Source: a virus (Duplodnaviria; Caudoviricetes). Taken from it: 64,000 nt of DNA. The stretch covers positions 761-64,760 of the IMG/VR virus record IMGVR_UViG_3300020727_000019; one strand, given 5' to 3'. A program made the position numbers and the translations under genes. Positions 54,747-64,000 of the stretch are shown here, piece by piece. A model generated the notes under the pieces. That model was not told where the DNA came from. It searched no databases and saw only the letters and a list, made by a program, of their open reading frames with translations. Numbering within the stretch: position 1 is the first letter of the stretch; each line of letters begins with the position of its first letter.

Positions 54747-54934
54747 TTATCACGACTACCAAAGGCGAAATGGATGACTCTCTTCTTGTGAAGAAAGAGG
54801 GTACTGTTGACGATGAAAACGAATACACGACTTGGGTTGAGTACTATTTAAATGATGAATTGGTACACCGCTCGGCTCATGTAACTTTGAAAAAATCCCC
54901 CTTCTCTGATTTATTTGCTGCCTCTTTAGGCTAA
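54743..54934 (+). CDS. Small conserved protein
   Basis: IITTTKGEMDDSLLVKKEG...WVEYYL..ELVHRS. Confidence 0.7.
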   Translation: MIITTTKGEMDDSLLVKKEGTVDDENEYTTWVEYYLNDELVHRSAHVTLKKSPFSDLFAASLG

Positions 54935-54944
54935 AGGAACCAAA

Positions 54945-55430
54945 ATGAGTAACTCCCAAAGCATGTGCACTTCTTTCTTGGGCGAGTTGTTGAGCGCTAC
55001 GCACAACTTTAGTTCTTCTAATCCCGCCCATACAGCAAACACCGCCGATACATTCAAGGCAGCTTTGTATACAACAACTGCAAGCCCCGCATTAAATGCG
55101 GCAACTACTGCATATTCTTCTTCTGGAGAAGTATCTGGTACAGGCTATACGGCAGGCGGTATTGCGGTCACGAATGCAACCAACCCAACATCTTCAAACA
55201 GCTCATCAACTGCTGGCGTAGGGTATTGGACACCTTCTGGTAACTTGGTTTACTCCACAGTGACTCTAACCACTGCTTTTGATACTGTTTTGATCTATAA
55301 CTCAACACAGAGCAATAAGGCAGTTTCAGTTCATACTTTTGGTTCACAGACCATCACGGCTGGTACATTCACTTTGACAATGCCTTCAAACACAACGACA
55401 ACTGCTTTATTGCGTTTGTCTACCACCTAA
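54945..55430 (+). CDS. Tail structural protein (paralog of 54303..54746)
   Basis: TSF..ELL...HNF...FKAALY...GYTAGG...LIYNS. Confidence 0.7.
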   Translation: MSNSQSMCTSFLGELLSATHNFSSSNPAHTANTADTFKAALYTTTASPALNAATTAYSSSGEVSGTGYTAGGIAVTNATNPTSSNSSSTAGVGYWTPSGNLVYSTVTLTTAFDTVLIYNSTQSNKAVSVHTFGSQTITAGTFTLTMPSNTTTTALLRLSTT

Positions 55431-55440
55431 TAGGTGAGTT

Positions 55441-56265
55441 ATGGCTCTGAGTTGGGGCAGTGGTAATTGGGGTGATGGAGCTTGGAGCGGTTCATTACCG
55501 CTTACAGGAGATGCTGCTTCAGGCGCAGTTGGTTCCACATCCGCCAATATAACCATTGCTTTAACTGGAGTTGGTACAACAGGTTCGGTTCAAGCTCCAA
55601 CAGTCAATATCACAATCGCCCTATCTGGTGTAGGAGCAAGTGGTAGCGTAGGATCGGTTCTTGTCAGCAACACTGCGGCGTTGTCTGGAGTTCTGGCAAG
55701 CGGGTTTGTAGGTACTGTTTCTGGTGCTAAATCGGTCAGTATTTCTGGTGTTCAGGGCGCAGGTGCAGTTGGTACAGTGGTAGCCAATAATACCGATGGG
55801 GATATTGGTAACGTAGCGATTGGGGCTCCCGGTTCAGTAGCGGCCAATTTGACGATTGCCATTTCGGGTGTTGGTGCTTCTGGTGCGGTTGGATCGGTTA
55901 CGGCAAACCCAAGTCAGGCTTTGTCTGGCAATAATGCCACTGGAGCTGTAGGAGCCATGTCAGTCCCGCTTGGGGCTGTAACGGCAAAAGGAAATGTCGG
56001 ATCGGTTGGGCCTAATATTACGATTGCTTTGACAGGTGTTGGGGCGAGTGGCTTGGTGGGTTCCGTGACGATGGGAGCAAGGACGGCTCAGTTGGTTGGG
56101 GTGAATGCAACGGGTCAAGTGGGTAATATGTTTGCAGTTTACTGGAGTTTAATTGATGACAGCCAGACTCCTTCGTGGCAAAATATAGGGGACGCACAGA
56201 CTCCCGGCTGGTCTACAATTGATGACAGTGAAACGCCGAATTGGACAGTGATTACAACAGGATAA
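55441..56265 (+). CDS. Beta-solenoid repeat structural protein
   Basis: About 20-aa repeats I.L[ST]GV.A.G.VG.V; W-rich ends. Confidence 0.7.
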   Translation: MALSWGSGNWGDGAWSGSLPLTGDAASGAVGSTSANITIALTGVGTTGSVQAPTVNITIALSGVGASGSVGSVLVSNTAALSGVLASGFVGTVSGAKSVSISGVQGAGAVGTVVANNTDGDIGNVAIGAPGSVAANLTIAISGVGASGAVGSVTANPSQALSGNNATGAVGAMSVPLGAVTAKGNVGSVGPNITIALTGVGASGLVGSVTMGARTAQLVGVNATGQVGNMFAVYWSLIDDSQTPSWQNIGDAQTPGWSTIDDSETPNWTVITTG

Positions 56266-56269
56266 AATT

Positions 56270-57502
56270 ATGGCAGTTAATAACACAACACTACTAGGTT
56301 TAGCCCAGCCAGTCACAGGGCAGGAATCCGGTATTTGGGGCGATGATGTAAACAACGGATTTACAATTCTTGTTGATATATCTGTTGCGGGCACTAATAA
56401 TATCACCCAAGACTCAGACATCACTTTAGCAGTATCCAACGGTAGTAACAGCTCTTCGTTTACCTCAACAGCTACAAACTCTACAGTAGCGCAGTACTAT
56501 GTATTAAATTGCACGGGCGCGCGGACGGCCAACAGAAATATTATTGCCCCAGCAAGCAGTAAAACATACTATGTCATTAACTCCACTACAACGGCTACTA
56601 CGCCGTTCACAATCACTATCAAAAAGTCTGGCGGTACAGGAGTTACGATACCCCCAGGGGCTGCTGCTTTAGTTGCTTATAACGGTACAGACTTTCAAGC
56701 TATCAACGCTATTACTGGCGTGTTAGGTTTTTCTGATACAAACATTGTGATGTCTGCACAAGCAAGTGCTAATACATATGTACAGGGAATTATCCAAAAT
56801 AGCAACTCTGGCACATCCGCATCAGCCGACTTTATTGTTGCTAATAACCTTAGTACTGCCACAACGTACTACGGCGACTTTGGTATCAACTCATCGACAT
56901 TCTCTGGTACAGGTTCACTAAGTGCAGCAAACGCAACGTACGTCACAGCAACAAGTGGTGATCTGGCTCTTGGTACAACAACATCAAACGCAATCCATTT
57001 TGTAGTCAACAGTGGCGCAACGGATGCCATGACGATTGCTTCGGGCGGTGGAGTATCATTCCCAACAACAGGCGCAATCACTCTACCTGTAGGAACTACA
57101 GGACAACAGCCCGGATCACCCGCATCAGGAATGTTGAGGTTTAATTCCACAACAGTTCAGTTTGAAGGCTATAACGGTTCTGCATGGGCATCGGTTGGCG
57201 GTGCGGCAATCAGCAATGACACAACAACCTCAACGGCTGAGTATCCTTTGTTCGCATCGGCGACAAGTGGTACGGCTTTGACTGTTTACACATCGAATGC
57301 AAAGTTGCTGTATAAACCCAGTACAGGGGATTACACTTCGTCTCAGTTCATTGCGGGTAACGGATTGTTTTTAAACAACCAAACCATCAACACAAGTTAT
57401 TCAATACCTGCAACGCAGAGTGCAATGTCAACAGGGCCAATTACGCTTGCGAGTTCTGTGTCAGTTACATTGGCATCAGGCGCTCGTTGGGTTGTACTTT
57501 AA
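56270..57502 (+). CDS. Tail fibre / fibre-adaptor protein
   Basis: N-terminal LGL..PVTG.ESG.WG; GMLRFNST..FEGYNGSAW; C-terminal AMSTGPITL.SSVSVT..SGARWVVL. Confidence 0.75.
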   Translation: MAVNNTTLLGLAQPVTGQESGIWGDDVNNGFTILVDISVAGTNNITQDSDITLAVSNGSNSSSFTSTATNSTVAQYYVLNCTGARTANRNIIAPASSKTYYVINSTTTATTPFTITIKKSGGTGVTIPPGAAALVAYNGTDFQAINAITGVLGFSDTNIVMSAQASANTYVQGIIQNSNSGTSASADFIVANNLSTATTYYGDFGINSSTFSGTGSLSAANATYVTATSGDLALGTTTSNAIHFVVNSGATDAMTIASGGGVSFPTTGAITLPVGTTGQQPGSPASGMLRFNSTTVQFEGYNGSAWASVGGAAISNDTTTSTAEYPLFASATSGTALTVYTSNAKLLYKPSTGDYTSSQFIAGNGLFLNNQTINTSYSIPATQSAMSTGPITLASSVSVTLASGARWVVL

Positions 57503-57512
57503 AGGATAAATC

Positions 57513-58487
57513 ATGGGATCATTAGTATTAAATGGCGCAACAAGTGGAGCAACCACAATTCAACCAACAGATGCAGTAACGGTAACTTGTACGCTACCTT
57601 CTACTGGAGGTACTCTACAGACATCAGGAGCAGGGTTCACAACGAATGGCGTGGCATACGCTACAAGTACAAGTGCTTTGGCTACTGGGTCTGCGTTACA
57701 GTTTGATGGCGCAAACTTAGGATTAGGAGCAGCTCCAGCCGCAAGTTTATATGCAGGGTCAAATATAAATATTGGTAGTTCAAGTTATTTGCAAGGAACT
57801 TCAAACACCTATGGCTTAATCATTGCAAACAATATTTTGTTAAATGGCTCTACATCTTGGAAATATATTAACTCAGCCCCAGGGACTCAATATAGTCAAC
57901 AAGCGGGGGTTCATTATTGGTATAACACGCCAACAGGAACAGTGGGAAATACAGCTACCCTGATTCAGGCAATGACACTAGATAATAGTGGCAACCTATT
58001 GGTGGGTTCAACATCGGTAATTGCAAACGCAAATAATTTTGTGTACAGCCCTGGAAACGCATGGGGCATATTTGGTCATGTTAATGGAACCGCATCGGGA
58101 ATTGACTTTACAAAGTTTTATTACAACGGCGCACAAATTGGTTCCATTTCTCAATCAGGAACAACAGCAGTTCTTTACAACACATCATCAGACCAACGCC
58201 TAAAAACAAACATTGTTGACGCTCCTGATGGAAACATTGATCAAATTAAGATTCGTTCATTTGATTGGAAAGCTGATGGCACACACAATACTTATGGTGT
58301 TATTGCTCAAGAACTATTAGAAGTAGCACCATACGCAGTCCATGTCCCCGCAAACCCTGATGAAATGATGGGTGTGGATTATTCCAAACTTGTCCCAATG
58401 ATGATTAAAGCCATTCAAGAACTCAACACCCTTGTCACAACCCAATCCGCTGAGATAGCGGCACTAAAAGCTAAAGTAGGAGCGTAA
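57513..58487 (+). CDS. Tail fibre/RBP 1 with C-terminal intramolecular chaperone (peptidase S74-like)
   Basis: TSSDQRLKTNI...YGVIAQEL...VDYSKLVPMMIKAIQEL. Confidence 0.88.
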   Translation: MGSLVLNGATSGATTIQPTDAVTVTCTLPSTGGTLQTSGAGFTTNGVAYATSTSALATGSALQFDGANLGLGAAPAASLYAGSNINIGSSSYLQGTSNTYGLIIANNILLNGSTSWKYINSAPGTQYSQQAGVHYWYNTPTGTVGNTATLIQAMTLDNSGNLLVGSTSVIANANNFVYSPGNAWGIFGHVNGTASGIDFTKFYYNGAQIGSISQSGTTAVLYNTSSDQRLKTNIVDAPDGNIDQIKIRSFDWKADGTHNTYGVIAQELLEVAPYAVHVPANPDEMMGVDYSKLVPMMIKAIQELNTLVTTQSAEIAALKAKVGA

Positions 58488-58488
58488 G

Positions 58489-59718
58489 ATGACTGCGAGC
58501 ATAAACGCATCAACATCAGCAGGAGTAGTTGTTACTTCTGACACAAGTGGTTCATTAGCACTACAGACTGCTAATACAACTGCTATGACGATTAACTCTA
58601 GCCAACAAGTGGGGATTGGTAATAGTAGTCCTAGTTATGTATTAGATTTATCTGGAAGTGCAAGTCCAATTTGCAATATTAATTCAACCAACACAAATGG
58701 TTGTGGTATGAAGTTGGGAAATTCTGGAACAACTTTTGGATATATTGGAAGTGCAAAATGGGTATTATCTGGCAATTTAGCAGACTTATGTCTTGATGCA
58801 ACTGGATCAAACAATCTTATTTTTGCTACAAATGATACAGAACGTGCTCGTATTGACTCTAGTAGTAACTTGCTGGTGGGGGGCACATCGCAAAGCGGAA
58901 CTGCTAATCGGGTTGCTGTATTTAGCGCAAACAAATTTGGTTTGTCAGTTATTGATACAACTGCACAGGCTACTGGTGTTGGCGGGGCATTAAATCTTGG
59001 AGGTAACTATCGTTCTGCTGGAGATGCACAAGCTTTTGCCCGTGTCTCAGCTGTAAAGCAAAATAGTACGGATGGAGATTATGGCTACGGAATGGCATTT
59101 TCTGTAACGCCTAATGGTGGTACTTTTACTGAAGCGGGACGTTTTGACTCTAGTGGTAACTTGTTAGTGGGGACTACTTCATTTGCTCCTACATCCAATC
59201 AAGGAATATCACTACAACCACCACAAAATGGCGGTTATGGGATAACTGTAACAAGTTCAGTTAGCACAGTATCTTCTGGTGGTCTACAAATGTATTCAAC
59301 TGGTGCAGGTGCATATAGATTTTATGTTGATTTTAGTGGAACAATTCACGCCACAAATACCAGTATCACAGCAATTTCTGACCAATCTTTAAAAACAAAC
59401 ATTAAGCCATTAGAAACAGGTTTAACGCAAATACTTGCACTACAACCCCGTAGATTTGATTGGACAGAAGAATCTAAAAATGAAGCAAAAAACGTAGCAG
59501 GATTTATTGCACAAGAAGTAGAACAAGTGTTGCCTGACCTTGTCGCACCATTTAGATACAACGATACAGAAACAAAATTGGGTTTAAAAATGGGGGACAT
59601 GATTCCCACAATGGTTAAAGCCATTCAAGAACTGAACACTCTTGTAACAACACAAGCACAAACAATAACATCTATGCAATCAACAATTACTGCATTACAA
59701 ACTAAAGTAGGAGCATAA
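58489..59718 (+). CDS. Tail fibre/RBP 2 with C-terminal intramolecular chaperone
   Basis: ISDQSLKTNI...GFIAQEVEQVLP...IPTMVKAIQEL. Confidence 0.88.
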   Translation: MTASINASTSAGVVVTSDTSGSLALQTANTTAMTINSSQQVGIGNSSPSYVLDLSGSASPICNINSTNTNGCGMKLGNSGTTFGYIGSAKWVLSGNLADLCLDATGSNNLIFATNDTERARIDSSSNLLVGGTSQSGTANRVAVFSANKFGLSVIDTTAQATGVGGALNLGGNYRSAGDAQAFARVSAVKQNSTDGDYGYGMAFSVTPNGGTFTEAGRFDSSGNLLVGTTSFAPTSNQGISLQPPQNGGYGITVTSSVSTVSSGGLQMYSTGAGAYRFYVDFSGTIHATNTSITAISDQSLKTNIKPLETGLTQILALQPRRFDWTEESKNEAKNVAGFIAQEVEQVLPDLVAPFRYNDTETKLGLKMGDMIPTMVKAIQELNTLVTTQAQTITSMQSTITALQTKVGA

Positions 59719-59719
59719 A

Positions 59720-60898
59720 ATGTCCACTGTGATTAACGGCTCTTCACCGAGCATAACATTTTCAGACGGCACTACCCAGTCCACTGCGGCTAACATTAGT
59801 TCACCCTATACCGCCAATGGTGTGGTGTATGCGTCTAGTACAAGTGCTTTGGCTACTGGGTCTGGCATTACTTACAACGGAACAACATTCAGCACGACTA
59901 ATGATGCATCTATTCATGGATTGACTGTTGGTCAAGGTGCAGGGTCGGTATCGACTAATACTGCGGTGGGTGCAAGTGCTTTGGCGGGTAATACGACAGG
60001 GGCTACTTCAGTTGCCGTAGGTAATTTGGCGGCTCAAACAAATTCCACAGGAGCAAATATTACTGCGGTTGGATATAAAGCATTGAATTTAACAACTACT
60101 GACAACAATACTGCTGTCGGTATGCAAGCCGGTCGAGACACATCGTCAGGCACTAACAACGTATTCATGGGAAAAAACTCTGCTGTATTGAATTCAACAG
60201 GCGGTTCTTTAGTTGCCATTGGAGTGGATGCTCTGTTCAATAACACCACAGCATCTAACAACACAGCAGTAGGTTATCAAGCGGGTTATAACGCAACTGG
60301 TTCAGCAAACACTTTTGTTGGGCAAAATGCTGGTTCAGCAGTAACTAGCGGAACAAACAATACAATTTTAGGAGCCTCTGGCGCACAAACACTTACTACT
60401 GGTTCATATAATTTAAGTCTTGGATATGCAACAAGGTTTAGTTCTTCTTCAATTTCTAGCGCAATTATTATTGGCTCTGGAAACCTTGAAAACAACGACA
60501 AAGGCAGTAGCACTGGATATATCAACCCCAATGGTGGTGGTATGTATCAAGGCAACAATTCAGCCGCATGGTCAGTTACATCAGATCAAAGATTAAAGAA
60601 AAACATTGTTGATAATAATGTTGGGTTAAGTGCAATTACAGCAATCCAAGTTCGTAACTTTGAATACCGCACAGAAGATGAAGTAACTGATTTGCCAAAA
60701 CATTCAGCTATTGCCAAACAAGGCGTTCAATTGGGTGTCATTGCCCAAGAATTACAACAAGTATTGCCTGATTGTGTAAAACAAGAATCAACTGGTGTTT
60801 TAGCAGTAGATTCAACAGACATCATGTATCACATGATTAACGCAATCAAAGAACTCAACGCAAAAATAACCGCTTTAGAAGCTAAATTAGGAGCATAA
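59720..60898 (+). CDS. Tail fibre/RBP 3 with beta-roll repeats and C-terminal chaperone
   Basis: NTAVG..A.. repeats (YadA-like beta-roll); TSDQRLKKNI...GVIAQELQQVLP...INAIKEL. Confidence 0.88.
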   Translation: MSTVINGSSPSITFSDGTTQSTAANISSPYTANGVVYASSTSALATGSGITYNGTTFSTTNDASIHGLTVGQGAGSVSTNTAVGASALAGNTTGATSVAVGNLAAQTNSTGANITAVGYKALNLTTTDNNTAVGMQAGRDTSSGTNNVFMGKNSAVLNSTGGSLVAIGVDALFNNTTASNNTAVGYQAGYNATGSANTFVGQNAGSAVTSGTNNTILGASGAQTLTTGSYNLSLGYATRFSSSSISSAIIIGSGNLENNDKGSSTGYINPNGGGMYQGNNSAAWSVTSDQRLKKNIVDNNVGLSAITAIQVRNFEYRTEDEVTDLPKHSAIAKQGVQLGVIAQELQQVLPDCVKQESTGVLAVDSTDIMYHMINAIKELNAKITALEAKLGA

Positions 60899-60899
60899 C

Positions 60900-61241
60900 A
60901 TGGCACAAGTAAACACATGGACATGGACAATCAACTCAATGCAACAATGGCCTAGCGGTACAAACGCAGGTTATGTTGTCAACGTCAACTGGACTCTAAC
61001 AGGCACAGACGGCACTCATACAGCAAGTATTGGTGGAAACACTCAGTACCCCGTATCTGATGCTCAGGCAGGCTTTGCACCCTACGCTCAACTTACACAA
61101 GCACAAGTGATTGGCTGGGTGCAAGCATCTTTGGGTGAGCAAGGTGTTGCTAACTTTGAAGCCAACGTGCAAGGCCAAATCAATAGTCTTGAGAATCCCC
61201 CAGTATCTCCAACAACACAACCACTCCCTTGGACAGCATAA
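60900..61241 (+). CDS. Tail-fibre-associated protein
   Basis: TWTWTIN.M...VVNVNWTL.G...F.PYAQLT...V.GWV...LPW. Confidence 0.65.
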   Translation: MAQVNTWTWTINSMQQWPSGTNAGYVVNVNWTLTGTDGTHTASIGGNTQYPVSDAQAGFAPYAQLTQAQVIGWVQASLGEQGVANFEANVQGQINSLENPPVSPTTQPLPWTA

Positions 61242-61384
61242 TGGAAAAGATTACTCTCTCAACACCTCTTGTGAACAACATCATGGCTTACCTTGGAACA
61301 CGTCCATTCCAAGAAGTGTTCCAATTGATTCAAGAAGTGCAAAAAGAAGCACAGGCACAAACTCCTGAGACACCAAATGTCTGA
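61241..61384 (+). CDS. Small protein (not in ORF track)
   Basis: MEKITLSTPLVNNIMAYLGTRPFQEVFQLIQEVQKEAQAQTPETPNV; coupled to both neighbours. Confidence 0.7.
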   Translation: MEKITLSTPLVNNIMAYLGTRPFQEVFQLIQEVQKEAQAQTPETPNV

Positions 61385-61571
61385 TACCGAAAAAGACCTT
61401 GCCGTTCACGTTGCAGTCTGTGATGAGCGCTATAGGCAGATCGCAGATATGCTCAAAGAAGGCGATAGACGCATGACCAAGATTGAGTATTTGATCTATG
61501 GCGTGATGCTCCTAGTCCTGCTCGGCCCCAATGTGGCAGGGCAGTTCTTCCACAAGTTCTTTGGGTTGTAA
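61377..61571 (+). CDS. XhlA-like/holin-like protein
   Basis: H.AVCDERY coiled coil plus C-terminal TM IEYLIYGVMLLVLLG. Confidence 0.65.
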   Translation: MSDTEKDLAVHVAVCDERYRQIADMLKEGDRRMTKIEYLIYGVMLLVLLGPNVAGQFFHKFFGL

Positions 61572-61573
61572 AA

Positions 61574-62293
61574 ATTGATCCATTCACCCTTGTCGCTCTG
61601 GCTTCCTCAGCATTTAAGTTGGTCAAAGAATCCTGTGAAATGTACAAGGAGGGGCGGCAGTTTGTCGTTGATGCCAAGAAAGAGATTGACGGAGTTGTGG
61701 GGGATATCAAGGGTATCCAAAATGACGCAAAAGGGATATTTGGGTTTTTCTCTAAACTCTTCGGTGGTAAAGAAAAGCCACAAGCCACGATTAACCAAAC
61801 TCCTGTTAAAGCTAAACCGAAAAAGAGGGTTGAATTTGATGAGAACCAAATCTATGCACAAGTCGCAGATGCCCTCACCAAGTTCTTCCACGCATACAAC
61901 GGCTTAAAGGCTTACACAAAAGAACAAGAAGAGTTGGCGCTGACTGCCAACAACGAAGAAGGAAACGACATTGCGATCAAGTTGGTCATCGCCAATTTGC
62001 AGATGGAAAAGTTGAATGAAGAGATGAGGGAGTACATGGTCTACCATGTGCCTCCTGAGATGAAGGACTTGTACAGTCGGGTGAATAAAATGATTGGGCA
62101 TATTGCCAATCAGCAGGCATTAGCTAGAAAGGCGGAGCTAGACAAGAAACGGAAAGCGGCATGGCTAAAGCGTCAAAGGGCGGAGGAAATCCAAGACAAA
62201 GCAATAGCTACAGTAATAACGTTTCTAATGATAGCGTGGATATGGCTGATGCTGATGATCGTTCGTTCTTCGTCATTGTTATCGTGGTCTTGA
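61574..62293 (+). CDS. Coiled-coil protein with N-terminal amphipathic helix and C-terminal TM (allele B); probable ATT start
   Basis: The in-frame IDPFTLVALASSAFKLVKE begins 3 nt after the upstream stop; the ORF track starts at 61619. Confidence 0.7.
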   Translation: MDPFTLVALASSAFKLVKESCEMYKEGRQFVVDAKKEIDGVVGDIKGIQNDAKGIFGFFSKLFGGKEKPQATINQTPVKAKPKKRVEFDENQIYAQVADALTKFFHAYNGLKAYTKEQEELALTANNEEGNDIAIKLVIANLQMEKLNEEMREYMVYHVPPEMKDLYSRVNKMIGHIANQQALARKAELDKKRKAAWLKRQRAEEIQDKAIATVITFLMIAWIWLMLMIVRSSSLLSWS

Positions 62294-62400
62294 TGGTGGT
62301 GATTCTCCTATTCATACCACTGCTTTCGTGGATGTACATAGACATCAAGATGATGGAGATTCGTGTAAACAAGGCTTTGGCTAGGATTGAAGGCAAATGA
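62242..62400 (+). CDS. Small single-TM protein (allele B)
   Basis: Homologous to 290..451. Confidence 0.7.
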   Translation: MADADDRSFFVIVIVVLMVVILLFIPLLSWMYIDIKMMEIRVNKALARIEGK

Positions 62401-62621
62401 AATACCTTTGGGTTTTATTACTGTTGACTAGCTGTGGTGATAACTACAGGTACTTTTGCCAGAATCCTGACAACTTTGGTGCGGCTCAGTGCCAAAAGCC
62501 CCGATGTGAGTTTGACCAAGACTGTCCTGAATATCTTGTAGCCCCCATACTGGAGAAGAAAATTGAAGGAACTATTGCTGGCACTGTTCAACAGCCCCAA
62601 GGAACGCCTGTCTGCCGATGA
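62397..62621 (+). CDS. Cys-rich lipoprotein (allele B)
   Basis: Lipobox LTSC; homologous to 448..672. Confidence 0.8.
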   Translation: MKYLWVLLLLTSCGDNYRYFCQNPDNFGAAQCQKPRCEFDQDCPEYLVAPILEKKIEGTIAGTVQQPQGTPVCR

Positions 62622-63024
62622 GATAGAAGTCCGTGTCAGGGCGTTTGTCATCATTATGGTGACTTTAATCTTTGCCTTTATTACCTTGGCGCTTCTCTAT
62701 TCGGTAACCTTTGTGACCCAGCCAATCAAGGCTATGGCTCCCATTGATCAAGCATACACCAAGATGCTTAATGATATCGTGTTACTGATCGTGGGCGGGA
62801 TAGGCGGTATTTTGACCAAGGGTTTAACCAATGAGGCAACCAATATGATGAATGCAGCCAAGGCCAACAAGGATGCTTACGTTGCTCCTCCTCCCCCTCC
62901 TGTGGTTATGATGTCTTCTCCGTCTGGCTGGACTCCACCCCCTCCACCCATGTCTCACCCCACCTTGGAAGATGACGCAGAACGTGAGAGAATGGCTCAT
63001 GCGAGGGCCAGTGTAAATGCTTAG
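62563..63024 (+). CDS. Two-TM holin-like protein (allele B)
   Basis: Homologous to 614..1072. Confidence 0.7.
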   Translation: MKELLLALFNSPKERLSADEIEVRVRAFVIIMVTLIFAFITLALLYSVTFVTQPIKAMAPIDQAYTKMLNDIVLLIVGGIGGILTKGLTNEATNMMNAAKANKDAYVAPPPPPVVMMSSPSGWTPPPPPMSHPTLEDDAERERMAHARASVNA

Positions 63025-63592
63025 TTGGCTCTTTGGTGACATCTTGTACTACCTTGCACTGCTGTCGTTGGCAGTAGGAATAGGGTTGTATTTGGTAAGT
63101 CACCTGGTCAAGTTTCTGCCCATGCTTAAGCCACAGGCTTTTGTCATGCAAATTGGCGGTATTGTGTTAGTTATTTTAGGAGGTTACTATGTCGCAGATC
63201 ATCATGGTTATCAAAGGCGTGTTGCTGAAGATCAAGCAGAAATTGACAGACTTAATGCAGAAGCAAGAGCCAAAGAAGCCGAGCTGAACAAAAAGCTGGT
63301 TGGGGTAAATAGTGCATTGAGAAAGGCAAAAGATGATGTTAAAGCGAAACAAGATAATCTTACTGCTCTCGTGGACAGTAACAAGTTGCGCCTCCCCTCC
63401 AGTTGTCCCGTTCAAGCCAGTACAGATGCCGGAGCTACCAGCGGAAATACAACCGATGCAGGCCAATCTGAGCGAGAGACTATTAAAGCTCTTGCAAGTA
63501 TCGCAGCAGACGGGGACATCGCCATCACCCAGCTCAACGCCTGTATCGACACCTATCAAAAAGTAAGGGAGATGGTCAATGTTAAGCCCTGA
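63017..63592 (+). CDS. Rz: Rz-like i-spanin (allele B, longer two-TM N-terminus)
   Basis: C-terminal two-thirds homologous to 1065..1532; different N-terminus. Confidence 0.85.
   Translation: MLSWLFGDILYYLALLSLAVGIGLYLVSHLVKFLPMLKPQAFVMQIGGIVLVILGGYYVADHHGYQRRVAEDQAEIDRLNAEARAKEAELNKKLVGVNSALRKAKDDVKAKQDNLTALVDSNKLRLPSSCPVQASTDAGATSGNTTDAGQSERETIKALASIAADGDIAITQLNACIDTYQKVREMVNVKP
63333..63566 (+). CDS. Rz1: Rz1-like embedded o-spanin (allele B)
   Basis: MMLKRNKIILLLSWTVTS-C lipobox; Pro-rich. Confidence 0.85.
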   Translation: MMLKRNKIILLLSWTVTSCASPPVVPFKPVQMPELPAEIQPMQANLSERLLKLLQVSQQTGTSPSPSSTPVSTPIKK

Positions 63593-64000
63593 GAAGCTCA
63601 ATCAGCTCGGGATAGGTGCTGAATGGTCGGAACCATTGACTACGACTTTTACTACGTTTGGGATGAACGATGTCAAGAAGCAGGCAGCTTTTATCGGACA
63701 GTGCAGCCACGAGTGCAACCATTTCAAAACACTGGAAGAAAACCTCAACTATCGAGCCGAAACCCTACAAAAGCTCTTTGGACACAAGTTTCAACCCGAT
63801 GAGTTTGCCCTTTACGCCCACCAGCCCGAGAAGATTGCCAACAGAATTTACGCCAATCGAATGGGAAACCGTGATGAAAAATCAGGAGATGGTTGGCGGT
63901 TTCATGGTCGGGGCTGTATTCAGTTGACTGGACACGATAACTATTACCACTTTGGGCAGTCAGTCCAGAGAGATATGGTCAAAGACCCACAACTTGTTGC
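63579..64000 (+). CDS. GH19 endolysin, 3'-truncated second copy
   Basis: Identical to 1519..1940 except for one silent base. Confidence 0.92.
   Translation, partial: MLSPEKLNQLGIGAEWSEPLTTTFTTFGMNDVKKQAAFIGQCSHECNHFKTLEENLNYRAETLQKLFGHKFQPDEFALYAHQPEKIANRIYANRMGNRDEKSGDGWRFHGRGCIQLTGHDNYYHFGQSVQRDMVKDPQLV

Larger units (their letters stand above)
61953..64000. repeat. Terminal overlap, copy B (matches 1-1940)
   Basis: See copy A. Confidence 0.95.

Noticed and set aside
1-64000. Integrase, att sites, tRNA genes, host chromosomal flanks
   Set aside because: I recognised no recombinase catalytic motifs, no tRNA cloverleaf or T-loop signature in the intergenic gaps, and no housekeeping genes. 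This was inspection by eye; tRNAscan and HMM searches were not run.

Overview
The window holds an essentially complete, circularly permuted dsDNA tailed-phage genome (podovirus-like, P22/T7-style ejection proteins; unit length about 62.06 kb) plus about 2 kb of overlap: 1-1940 corresponds to about 61953-64000. The overlap is not a perfect duplicate. Its lysis-accessory part is a clearly divergent allele, while the endolysin part is identical. The + strand (38.6 kb onward, wrapping to 16.2 kb) carries terminases, portal, GroES, scaffold, major capsid, a cluster of small basic/His-rich proteins, adaptors, three tandem tail fibres with C-terminal chaperones, a multi-gene lysis cassette (Rz with embedded Rz1, GH19 endolysin), tail nozzle and ejection proteins (SLT domain; 2041-aa polyvalent protein). 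The - strand (38.2 to 16.3 kb) carries early genes, a MoxR-like AAA+/vWA-metallopeptidase module, VRR-NUC, family A DNA polymerase, a repeat-linked mini-gene array, PD-(D/E)XK nuclease, HNH-like protein, SNF2 helicase, SSB and primase-helicase. I found no integrase, tRNA or CRISPR. Spanins, sigma70 promoters and IHF-like sites point to a Gram-negative, probably proteobacterial, host (inference). Most notable observations: a recurring aromatic/Met-x-x-G-G motif across many late proteins, a 42% His protein, a palindromic operator regulon in the early region, a nested inverted-repeat origin-like locus, a pseudoknotted RNA candidate downstream of the capsid locus, and a shuffled mini-gene cassette array. 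All family assignments come from motif recognition by eye, not from database searches.
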